From: Planctomycetales bacterium
Lineage (GTDB): Bacteria > 4484-113 > JAFGCY01
Direction of reading: 5' to 3'
NCBI GenBank assembly: GCA_022646745.1
Contig: CP060262.1
Location: 1,350,001 to 1,382,000, forward strand
DNA: 32,000 bases
Part shown: positions 8,395-16,051 of the stretch, piece by piece
How the letters are laid out: every line of letters begins with the position of its first letter
Position numbering within the stretch: position 1 is the stretch's first letter
The notes under the pieces: generated by a model
Database searches by the model: none
What the model saw: the letters and a program-made list of their open reading frames with translations, nothing else
What the model was told of the DNA's origin: nothing
Program-made: the position numbers and the translations under genes

Positions 8395-9434
8395 TCAAGG
8401 TGAACATTTGTATTGCCAACATTTGTTGCCGATGAAGTTCCCTGAATTGTTAGCGTGATGAATAGATTGTCAACACCAGATCCTAAGGATAGATCGCCAC
8501 TGCTGATAATTGTCCAGGTATCATCAGTGAGTGTGCCAATGAGATTGGTGCTTGATGCAACCAAACTTCCGCCCATGTCATTAATGGCGAGGTAAATCGA
8601 ATCAAGACGATCTGTGTCGACAACTTTCATGTGAGCTCTGAGAATTGCAGTGTTGCCAACCTGGCGTGCTGAAAGTGAGATGCATAACTGAAGTCCAGAA
8701 ACGATACTTCCGGTTATCTGCGTTGATGTCCAAGAAAGTATTAGAGCGTTATCGAGAATGATGCATGGTCCTAATGAAGTATCAAAAGTAGGATCAGAAT
8801 TGGTTTGAATTGATAAGCTAGCAGGTGAAGAACCTGTTGGGTATTCCTTTATGACCCACGGCAGGTTGATTTCGTTGTTGCCGCTTACGCTGTCACGGCT
8901 GCCGGCTGCCGGGAAGACCTGGCGGTGGACCACCTTCGTGCGCTCGTCAACGTAGTCCTTGTTGGTCAGGTCGTTGTCATTCGTCGGAGTGGCCGGGGTC
9001 TGGGGCGCGGTCGAGAATGTCTTCAATCCGGCGATGGCCTGGTTGCCGCTGGTGCGCACCACCGTGCTGTCCACCGCGAACTCCTCGCTCGCCAGACTGA
9101 GCCCGTCGCCAGCCGTGTAGTCCGGCGAATGCACGTCTATCTCGCTGGCCAGCTCATCCTGTGTGACCGTCGCCGCGCCGCTGCCGGTGATCGTGATCTC
9201 CCCGTCCAGCATCGGGTTGCCACTGCCGCCGGCGAGGCCTGTCACGAAACTCTCCGGCAGCGCTGGGTCATTAGTCACCCCGCCGCCACCCGCCGTCGAG
9301 CCTCCGCTGGACAGCGGCGCCGCCGCGCTGCCGCCCAGTGTGTCGCGCTGCTCCAGCGCCTGTTCAGTACGCCTGCGCGCATCAATCGCATCCCCGAGGC
9401 TGCCCGTCTGCTTCATCCTCCGCCTGATCGTCAT
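8367..9434 (-). CDS. Tail fibre / receptor-binding protein
   Basis: ORF 8367..9590 trimmed to ATG 9434. That start has GGAGGAG upstream and an ATGA overlap with the stop of the upstream gene. The protein has a Gly-rich N-terminal region and the DLTNKDYVD motif common in tail fibres. Its C-terminal ~190 aa lie in AT-rich DNA. It is the last gene of the tail module. Confidence 0.7.
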   Translation of the reverse strand: MTIRRRMKQTGSLGDAIDARRRTEQALEQRDTLGGSAAAPLSSGGSTAGGGGVTNDPALPESFVTGLAGGSGNPMLDGEITITGSGAATVTQDELASEIDVHSPDYTAGDGLSLASEEFAVDSTVVRTSGNQAIAGLKTFSTAPQTPATPTNDNDLTNKDYVDERTKVVHRQVFPAAGSRDSVSGNNEINLPWVIKEYPTGSSPASLSIQTNSDPTFDTSLGPCIILDNALILSWTSTQITGSIVSGLQLCISLSARQVGNTAILRAHMKVVDTDRLDSIYLAINDMGGSLVASSTNLIGTLTDDTWTIISSGDLSLGSGVDNLFITLTIQGTSSATNVGNTNVHLEWLEVVQLE

Positions 9435-11422
9435 TGCGTCTCCTCCGCCAGATAGTCCGTGCCGCCGATCACCGTCGCCCGCGGCGTATGCTCCACGCGC
9501 TCCACCAGCGCACTGACCGTGTTGCCAGCGCGATCCGTGCCTTCCACCGTCTGCCACAGCCGGATGCGCGGATCCGGCAGGCTGCGCCACTCGATTCCCG
9601 AGAGCTGCCTGAGGCTTTCCGCCAGCAGGTCGGTGGCCCGGTCCTGCGCCAGAAATTCATTGCCATCGAAGTCCGTGAACAAGGTGCGGTGCCTGCCGCC
9701 GAGCCTGGCCCAGAGCAGCGGGTGGTTGCGGATCAAGCGGTCGGTGAAGCCATCACCGTCATGGTCCGAGCTGTAGGTGTACTCCGTCGGCGGCATTGCC
9801 AGCGGGTCGATCTCGCGCACCACGCGGTATGTCTCCTCGCAGTACAGCTCCAGCTCCGCCAGCCCGATGCTCGGGTCGGACTGGTTGTCAAAACCATGCT
9901 TGTAGGCCCCGAGCTGCACCCGCAGGTAACGCAAGCGGGGCATCGTGATTTCATCCGGCCCGATTTCCAGCAGGCTGTGCGGCTCGAATCTGCCCTGCGC
10001 CAGCGGTGACAACAGGCGCCAGTCCAGGCCGTCAATGCTCGCCAGCACGCGGATCCCCGGCCAGAACAGGCCCTGGTGCCCGGCGGCACTGTTCAGGTTG
10101 CGGCTGCCCGGCATTACCGCCCGCAGGCGCTGCACGCGGCGCACTTCGCCGAGGTCGAACTGCATGAACCCATACCAGGAGTCGTAGAAGCCCGTGCCGC
10201 CATTCTCACTCGCCGCCAGGTGGTGCAGTGAAGCTCCGCGGCTGGTATCGCCATCGCACAGGAGCGGTGAGACTGCCGCGAAGGAACTGTCCGCGCCGAC
10301 ATTCAGCCCGTCCCAGCTGAACCAGTCTCCCTGAGTGGATATGTCACTGGCCACAGCCGTATCCGCCAGTACATTCACCGGCCGTTCCGACTTCCCGCTG
10401 ACAACCACCCGGCTGTACAGTGCGGAAATGTCACGTGGACGGCCACGCTCAGAGGCAGATAACAATAATGTGTCCGCCGTCTGCTGCTGCTCCACCAGGC
10501 GCAGCACGAACTTCGCCGCCTGCGGGTCATACCACAGCCTGAGGTTCGCCTGGTTGGCATCCCGCAGCCGCCTGAACAGTGCGCTGACGCTGCCCTGCCA
10601 GCTGATCGCACCGGCCGGAGACAGCCCGAGATCCGGTATGTCCAGCTCCGGGTCAGTCCGCCCCGGCCCGCCCTCGCTAGCCGGATACCTCAGTGCCGTG
10701 CGGTACACCTCCGCGAGGTCCAGCGTGCCCTCGATGTAACAGCGCACGCCGCTCAGCCAGTAGCTGTTGCCAGCCGTGTCCTCGAGGATGCTGAGCGTCC
10801 CGCCCGTCAGGTTGACCTGGTAATGCGAGGGCGAGACCTCAAGCGTCATCGCCGAGTCGTACCACAGGCGGATCTCGCCGGGCACGAAACTGCGCCGCCG
10901 CGTGCCGGGGTTGGCATCCTGGTTGAAGGCCGGGTCGCTGCCGCCGCTGTACGTGAAGCCGTAAATGCTGCCGAAGGCTCCACCGTTGACAAGCGACAAC
11001 TGCCTGACTGCGACCTCCGCCGTCTCATCCGGGCTCATTGCGATGTCGCATTCCGTCTCCGCCAGCAGACAGGACCAGTCGAGTGCCCTGAGCCGGATCA
11101 ATCCCTCGGACGGGTCCAGCTCGGTCACACGGCCGCGGAACAGCACTTCGCTTTCCGCGCCGATGGTCGCCGTCAGCTTCAGCTCAGACAACAGGCGCAG
11201 CGGGTTGCCCGCATCATCCGGGTCGGCCCAGTCCATTGCAGCATCAGGCACCTCGGCACGCAGGCGCGCGGCCCCGGAGGAATCATGCAGCAGGCGAAAA
11301 TCGGACAGAGGCAGCTCCACCCAAGCCATGTCGTCGGTCAGATCGGTGCGTGCCTCCAACTTCCAGCCCAGCAGCCGGCCGGGCCGCTTCAGTTCAGTTG
11401 TCGCCGCAGATGTGAATCCCAT
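9431..11422 (-). CDS. Tail hub / Tal-like baseplate protein with discoidin (F5/8 type C)-like carbohydrate-binding domain
   Basis: 663 aa, positioned after the Dit-like gene. Domain pattern MQFDLGEVRRVQRLRAV ... IRVLASIDGLDWRLL ... LRYLRVQL ... IGLAELELY. ATG 11422 has GGAG 6 nt upstream. Confidence 0.65.
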   Translation of the reverse strand: MGFTSAATTELKRPGRLLGWKLEARTDLTDDMAWVELPLSDFRLLHDSSGAARLRAEVPDAAMDWADPDDAGNPLRLLSELKLTATIGAESEVLFRGRVTELDPSEGLIRLRALDWSCLLAETECDIAMSPDETAEVAVRQLSLVNGGAFGSIYGFTYSGGSDPAFNQDANPGTRRRSFVPGEIRLWYDSAMTLEVSPSHYQVNLTGGTLSILEDTAGNSYWLSGVRCYIEGTLDLAEVYRTALRYPASEGGPGRTDPELDIPDLGLSPAGAISWQGSVSALFRRLRDANQANLRLWYDPQAAKFVLRLVEQQQTADTLLLSASERGRPRDISALYSRVVVSGKSERPVNVLADTAVASDISTQGDWFSWDGLNVGADSSFAAVSPLLCDGDTSRGASLHHLAASENGGTGFYDSWYGFMQFDLGEVRRVQRLRAVMPGSRNLNSAAGHQGLFWPGIRVLASIDGLDWRLLSPLAQGRFEPHSLLEIGPDEITMPRLRYLRVQLGAYKHGFDNQSDPSIGLAELELYCEETYRVVREIDPLAMPPTEYTYSSDHDGDGFTDRLIRNHPLLWARLGGRHRTLFTDFDGNEFLAQDRATDLLAESLRQLSGIEWRSLPDPRIRLWQTVEGTDRAGNTVSALVERVEHTPRATVIGGTDYLAEETQ

Positions 11423-11425
11423 TTG

Positions 11426-11941
11426 CTACTCCGTCCAGGGCCGTGCTGGGCTGGCCGCCGTATAACTACCCACGCTGTCGAAGTTGGCAAAGCTGCCGTC
11501 CTCCACAACATGGAACAGCGCGATATGCGGCAGGCCATTGTCAGCCTGCATCCCGAGATCGGCGGCGATTCCCTCCGGCAGGGCAGTCAGGCTGCCGCGC
11601 CAGGCCAGGTCGCGGCTGATTGAGATTCCGTCCGTAGCCTCGCCCGTGAACTCGCTGAAGATCACCAGTTCCGAGCGCTGCAGGTAGGCGCGCTCCAGCC
11701 AGTCCGCCACGCAAAGCCTGGTGGTAGCCGCCGCCGAGTTGGCAATGCTGAGCTGGAAGGGCCACAGTTCCAGCTCAAGCTGCACTACCCAGGCCTGCTC
11801 ACCGCTTTCCAGCCGGTGCACCAGGCCGTACAGGTCGCTTGCCTCCCTGAACGGTCGTGAGAACTTCGGCCTGACGGCGCTGCCGCTCAGCGTCAGGTGG
11901 TCGGACTGCGATTGCCAGATGCGGATGCGCGATGTGCTCAC
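11426..11941 (-). CDS. Distal tail protein (Dit)-like
   Basis: 171 aa. Assigned by position only, between the tape measure and the hub. GTGA overlap with the upstream stop. Confidence 0.4.
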   Translation of the reverse strand: MSTSRIRIWQSQSDHLTLSGSAVRPKFSRPFREASDLYGLVHRLESGEQAWVVQLELELWPFQLSIANSAAATTRLCVADWLERAYLQRSELVIFSEFTGEATDGISISRDLAWRGSLTALPEGIAADLGMQADNGLPHIALFHVVEDGSFANFDSVGSYTAASPARPWTE

Positions 11942-12576
11942 AGCTCAGCTCCCGGCCACAGGCCCTGCGCCGCATTCTCCTCCAGCAGGCGGCTGGCAAC
12001 ACGCGCGCTAATTACATCCTCGGCCCCGCTGCGGTAATCAAGTTCCACCGTGAAGGCCGGCCCGCGCGGCACGGCGCGTCCACCGAACAGGCGCGAAGCC
12101 GGGTTGAGTGCGAAGCCGAGATCCGTCACGGAGGGGAAGTTGACGACGCGTGCCTGCACCTCATTCGCTACCTGCACCGGCTGGCGCTTGCGCAGCAGCC
12201 GGTCCGCCAGCAGGCCGATGCCGGCCCCCAGCAGACCGCCGAGGATCCCGCCTCCTCCGCTGCCGCCACCAAGTGCGCGAGTCAGGCTGCCCGTGATGCC
12301 CTGGGTCAGCTTCGCAATCATGCTGCGCAGCGACTTCTGCAGCTCGGCGATGAATGGCGCCATGAGTGTGCGCGTCGACCCCGCCTGGCGCTGCCGCAGC
12401 TCAGCCCGCGATGTGCCGCCGGATGTCGCACTGGCAGCGCGCAGCGGCTCCAGCCCGCGCCGCAGCTCATCGCGCCAGCGTTCCAGCTGACCGCTCAGCT
12501 GCTCGGTGGATGCGCGCGCCTGGCCGAGGCTGCCCGCCAGCCGGTTCAGTGCCATCCGTGTCGTCTCAGTTGCCAT
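11938..12576 (-). CDS. Putative tape measure protein, unusually short (212 aa)
   Basis: Positioned after the chaperone pair. Helical N-terminus, then a Gly-rich hydrophobic segment GGGSGGGGILGGLLGAGIGLLADRLL. GGGGAGGA SD 5 nt upstream of ATG 12576. Confidence 0.5.
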   Translation of the reverse strand: MATETTRMALNRLAGSLGQARASTEQLSGQLERWRDELRRGLEPLRAASATSGGTSRAELRQRQAGSTRTLMAPFIAELQKSLRSMIAKLTQGITGSLTRALGGGSGGGGILGGLLGAGIGLLADRLLRKRQPVQVANEVQARVVNFPSVTDLGFALNPASRLFGGRAVPRGPAFTVELDYRSGAEDVISARVASRLLEENAAQGLWPGAEL

Positions 12577-12841
12577 GACTGTCCTCCCCCGCCGGATGCC
12601 TCCGGTGGAATGTGTCCCTCAGCGCATTGCTGCGCAGCTCGATCCCGCGCAGGGCCCGGCGCAGCTCCCGCTCATCCGTGAACGGGGCCGACAGCAGCCT
12701 GCGCCGCTCCGCCTCCAGCTCGTCCTGCGCTTCCCCATGCGCGATATGCAGCAGGCGGCACTGCACTTCCTCGCTGCCCATCCTGGCAATCTCCGCGCCA
12801 CCGTGTCCATGTGCGCGCAGTTTCAGCTCCAGCTCATGCAT
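12566..12841 (-). CDS. Tail assembly chaperone, downstream (-1 frame) part, lambda gpT-like by position
   Basis: 91-aa ORF in the -1 frame relative to 12844..13293. That frame is open across the junction in my hand translation. Confidence 0.4.
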   Translation of the reverse strand: MHELELKLRAHGHGGAEIARMGSEEVQCRLLHIAHGEAQDELEAERRRLLSAPFTDERELRRALRGIELRSNALRDTFHRRHPAGEDSHGN

Positions 12842-12843
12842 GC

Positions 12844-13293
12844 TCAGCTGTGCGGAACCTGGCTGGGGTCCGCCGGCTGTTGCGCATGCTGCCAGAGCCG
12901 CGCCAGCGCGCTGGAAAAATCCCGCAGGCCCGCCGGCTCATTGAAGTTCAGCTCAAGTGCCGCCGCTGCCAGCTCCAGCACGCTGCCGTGTTCCCAGCGT
13001 GACAGCTCCGCCTCGTCCAGCCCGCTGCACAGCGAGGCCAGCTTCAGCACCAGCTGCGGCGCGCTGCCAAGTTGCTTGAGCAGCTCATCGCCGCCATCGA
13101 TACCGCCTTCCGGCAGGCTGCCGACAAGTGTGCAAAACTCCTGCCAGAGCAGCTCAAAGCTGATCCAGTCCAGCCGCCTGAGTTGCACATGCCGCCCGTT
13201 GCCAAGCTGGATGTTGACTTGCCGTGGCAGCTCCAGCACGGCGTGGCTGGCCTGCTGCATCGTATCCACCTCTCTCTTCCTTCTCCTGCTCAC
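12844..13293 (-). CDS. Tail assembly chaperone, lambda gpG-like by position
   Basis: 149-aa acidic protein between the tube and tape-measure genes. GTG 13293 lies 4 nt after AAGGAGG; an alternative ATG is near 13260. Confidence 0.45.
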   Translation of the reverse strand: MSRRRKREVDTMQQASHAVLELPRQVNIQLGNGRHVQLRRLDWISFELLWQEFCTLVGSLPEGGIDGGDELLKQLGSAPQLVLKLASLCSGLDEAELSRWEHGSVLELAAAALELNFNEPAGLRDFSSALARLWQHAQQPADPSQVPHS

Positions 13294-13309
13294 ATGACCT
13301 CCTTATTCA

Positions 13310-13390
13310 GGTTGCTGGGTGCAGGTTGCAGGGTGCAGAAGAACCTGAATGCTGTTCCCTCTATGCAACCCGCAACCATTAACCTGCAAC
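13310..13390. repeat. Inverted arrays of 7-nt tandem repeats forming a long imperfect hairpin
   Basis: Left arm GGTTGCT GGGTGCA GGTTGCA GGGTGCA (13310..13337). Right arm ATGCAAC CCGCAAC CATTAAC CTGCAAC (13363..13390). This is the only sizeable intergenic gap in the particle operon. Confidence 0.8.
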
Positions 13391-13395
13391 CTGTC

Positions 13396-14244
13396 CTACG
13401 GCAGCCCCGGGCCGAACTGCTCAAGCACGCCGAAGGCCGTGCGCAGCAGGCCGACATTGCCATTCGCCGGGTCGTACATGCAGTCCCAGTCAAGCGCGAT
13501 GCCCTCGCCGAGCTGCTCTTCACTGAATGCGATGCCACTGCCCGGCATCACGGTGCTGACCCGGCTGAACTCGAACTCCAGCCCGGTCTCCATCCACGTG
13601 GACGGATCGCCGCCGTCCGTTGCCAGTTGCTGCAGCAGCACGCGGTGGTAACGCTCACTTGCATCCGGCGCGCCGATGCTCGTCGTGCTCGTGGCCTGGC
13701 GGCGCACACTGGCGATGAGCACCACGGGCTGGCCCTCGCCAATCGCTGTGCCCACACTGCGCCGGATCAGCCCCCGCTCGCTGTCAATCTCGTAATCCGC
13801 GGGGGAGCCGTATGTCACCAGCCCGTCGTAGGACCTGACCACCGGGGCCGGGCTGGCTTCCAGTGCCCAGGGGCGCAACAGCTCTGTCCAGTCACTGGCA
13901 TGCAGGTGCAGCACCTCGCTGTACTGCTCAACCCCCGCCGTGCTGCTGCTGACAGCTGCGCCCGGCCCGGCCAGCAGGCCGAGCGCCAAGGGAGAGGCCT
14001 ATTCCAGCAGGCGGAAGCTCAGCGAGTAACGCAGCGAGCGGCAGAACTGCGCCACCGGCTGCAGGGTGCCGCGCTGGCTGCCCAGCCGGTCGAGCTTCTC
14101 GCCCTCGACGGAGAATTCCGCATCCGCCACACGACCAAGCGGCTGCCAGGCCCCGTTGCCATTGTCCGCCAGCGGATCATGGATCGACAGCCGCGCGCCG
14201 CCGATGGTATGGAAGGGGTGGTAGCTGTAATTCGCCCCGCTCAT
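13396..14244 (-). pseudogene. Tail tube (major tail) protein gene interrupted by one in-frame TAG
   Basis: ORFs 13999..14244 (ATG start, GGAGGTG SD) and 13396..13989 (TTG start, no SD) are in the same frame. They are separated only by TAG 13999-14001 plus three codons. Read-through text is ...SLSFRLLE*ASPLALGLLAG..., which resembles a continuous tube-protein motif. Confidence 0.6.
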
Positions 14245-14657
14245 GCATTCACCTCCTGTGCGCTGTCAGCGATCGCCGTCAGCCCGAGTTCCGTCACCGA
14301 GCTGGCCAGCACCGGCCCGCCGGCCAGGGAGGCCGGTCGGGGGTAGCTGGTCTGCTGCCAGCGGATGCTGCGCAGTTCGGGCTGTTCGAGGCAGAAGCGG
14401 CTGATGCGGGCCCGGATCGCGGTGCTGAGGCTGCCCAGCTGGTTCATCAGGTCCGCCGGACGCGCTCCCGCCACCACCACGCGCAGCTCTATGCGTTGTT
14501 CAGAGACGGGATACCGTCCGCCCTGCTCGACCAGGCGCAGCACCGCCGCCGGATGCGCCGCCGGGTCCAGCCCGTCCGAGCGCACCTCCCGCAGTCCCAG
14601 CCCACCCGCTTCCTGCTGCAGCCAGGCAGTTAGCCTGCTGAAGATCGTCGTTGCCAT
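14241..14657 (-). CDS. Neck / tail-terminator-type head-tail joining protein
   Basis: ORF 14241..14666 (GTG start). ATG 14657 sits 8 nt after GGGAGG. Assigned by position between the connector and the tube gene. ATGA overlap with the tube gene start. Confidence 0.45.
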   Translation of the reverse strand: MATTIFSRLTAWLQQEAGGLGLREVRSDGLDPAAHPAAVLRLVEQGGRYPVSEQRIELRVVVAGARPADLMNQLGSLSTAIRARISRFCLEQPELRSIRWQQTSYPRPASLAGGPVLASSVTELGLTAIADSAQEVNA

Positions 14658-14670
14658 CTCCGTCACCTCC

Positions 14671-15114
14671 CTAGAATCCGCTCAGCTTGCGCTCGTCGAA
14701 CACGCTCTCGCTGTCCTGCGTGGAGGACCAGCCCGCCATCAGCGGCTGGCCGGGGTCGCCCCCGAGCCGCGCGTTGCCATTGGCAACCTCGGCCATGAAG
14801 CTCTCGACGGCCTCGCGCGATGCACTGAGCGGGTTGAGGCTGTCATCCACATAGCGACGCCGGTAGAGGAAGTACAGTGCGAGCGTGGCGTTGATGCGTT
14901 CCAGCCCGGCCATCACCAGCGGGTCCGCCAGGTCGACGCGCCCCATCAGGTAGCTGTCTACCAGGCTGCCGCCGTCACCGATGGCCTGCTGGATGATGTC
15001 GCGGGTGAGCGCGTCGTCAATGTCCGGCAGCGGGTTGACGTCATCCGCCAGCCCGGCCAGCACCTGCGGGTCCAGCCGCTTCTCGAGGTCCTCAATGCTC
15101 GTGTAGACCGCCAT
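14671..15114 (-). CDS. Head-tail connector protein, Mu gp36/DUF1320-like
   Basis: 147 aa. MAVYTSIEDLEKRLDPQVLAGLADD ... QQAIGDGGSLVDSYLMGRV ... LALYFLYRRR matches my recall of the DUF1320 pattern. It follows the capsid gene directly. Confidence 0.65.
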   Translation of the reverse strand: MAVYTSIEDLEKRLDPQVLAGLADDVNPLPDIDDALTRDIIQQAIGDGGSLVDSYLMGRVDLADPLVMAGLERINATLALYFLYRRRYVDDSLNPLSASREAVESFMAEVANGNARLGGDPGQPLMAGWSSTQDSESVFDERKLSGF

Positions 15115-15124
15115 CGTTCACCCC

Positions 15125-16039
15125 CTAGGCCGAACCGTCGCTGCCGACCGCCATCTGCCACAGGCCGTAGCCCGCGCCGCAGCGGCTGCGCACGCCGAAC
15201 TTGTAGGCATCGGCGCTGAACACGTACTCGTCATCGGGGCGCGTCACCGCGCTGAACTCCGGCCTCACGCGCCACTGGAACAGCAGCGGGCGCACCGGGT
15301 ACTGCGTTGCCAGCACGAACCAGTGGTTGGCGGGCACCCAGGGGCTGACCTGCAGGTTGAGCATGCCGCTCAGCCCATTGCCATCCGGCTTCTCGAGGTC
15401 CGTGCCGCCGCTGAGCACGATGCCCGTCGAGTTGAGCAGTTCACGTGCGGTGAAGTAGTTGTCGGGGCCGACGAGCAGGGTGTCCGGCAGCAGGCCAAAG
15501 GGCTTGCCGTGGTCATCCCTGAACGCCATCATGGTCTCAATCGCCAGCTTCAGGCTGGTGCTGCCCAGCTTGTCGGCCATCTTGTTGACCTGTGTGCCGC
15601 TTTCCCCCTGCTTATGGTCATCCGCGAAGAAGGCCTTGCCGTCATAGCCCGTGTCGGTGAAGCCGTTGGCCAGCAGGCCGACCACCAGCTCGTCCGGGTG
15701 GCTGGCCGCACGCAGCGCCAGCTCCTCGATGCGCGGCTTGAGCTGCGCCAGTCGGTCATCCTCGAAGGTCTCGCGGTCCACCTCGATCGAGGCCTCGAAG
15801 CGACGGTTGGCGATTTCGTAGTCGTTGGTGCGCAGCGCACCGGGCACGCGTTCGTCCGTCCATTCGCGCATCGCCGGCACCGCTCCGAGCCAGTTCCAGC
15901 TCTCCTTCGAATTGCTGCTGTCAACCACCGTTGACAGCTTCGCGTAGAGCGGGTCAGCGCCCTGGAAGCCGCGCTCGAACAGCGCGCGGAATCCCGTGAA
16001 TGAGGCTTCAAGGAAGTCTCGTGTTACCAGTCTTGCCAT
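15125..16039 (-). CDS. Major capsid protein, Mu gpT-like
   Basis: 304 aa. LYAKLSTVVDSSNSKESWNWLGAVPAMREWTDERV ... YEIANRRFEASIEVDRETFEDDRL matches recalled gpT-family motifs. Strong SD (TAGGAGGGG) before ATG 16039. Confidence 0.8.
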   Translation of the reverse strand: MARLVTRDFLEASFTGFRALFERGFQGADPLYAKLSTVVDSSNSKESWNWLGAVPAMREWTDERVPGALRTNDYEIANRRFEASIEVDRETFEDDRLAQLKPRIEELALRAASHPDELVVGLLANGFTDTGYDGKAFFADDHKQGESGTQVNKMADKLGSTSLKLAIETMMAFRDDHGKPFGLLPDTLLVGPDNYFTARELLNSTGIVLSGGTDLEKPDGNGLSGMLNLQVSPWVPANHWFVLATQYPVRPLLFQWRVRPEFSAVTRPDDEYVFSADAYKFGVRSRCGAGYGLWQMAVGSDGSA

Positions 16040-16051
16040 CTGTGTCCCCTC

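Noticed and set aside
8367-9434. A diversity-generating retroelement targeting the fibre C-terminus.
   Set aside because: The window holds no reverse transcriptase gene. I could not see a template/variable repeat pair matching the fibre 3' end. The compositional shift is better explained by cassette replacement.
9435-9590. The N-terminal extension of the tail-fibre ORF up to 9590.
   Set aside because: It lies entirely inside the hub gene. ATG 9434 has a GGAGGAG SD and the ATGA stop/start overlap that is characteristic of this operon.
13999-14001. The idea that TAG is reassigned to a sense codon in this element, i.e. an alternative genetic code as seen in some phages.
   Set aside because: TAG is the ordinary terminator of many genes in the same operon, each followed by an SD and the next start. 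These include TerL (18665), capsid (15125), the DUF2190-like gene (16052), the connector (14671), the Dit-like gene (11426), the fibre (8367) and the tube gene itself (13396). Global recoding is therefore not supported.
13072-14346. Long + strand ORFs running antisense to the particle genes. Examples are 13072..14346 (424 aa), 19359..20249, 19382..20305, 10823..11623, 15323..15934, 17348..18109 and 23..892.
   Set aside because: - They are Arg/Ala/Pro/Gly-rich products typical of antisense frames in high-GC DNA.
- They have no SD signals.
- Each fully overlaps a minus-strand gene that has recognisable family motifs and coupled start/stop junctions.
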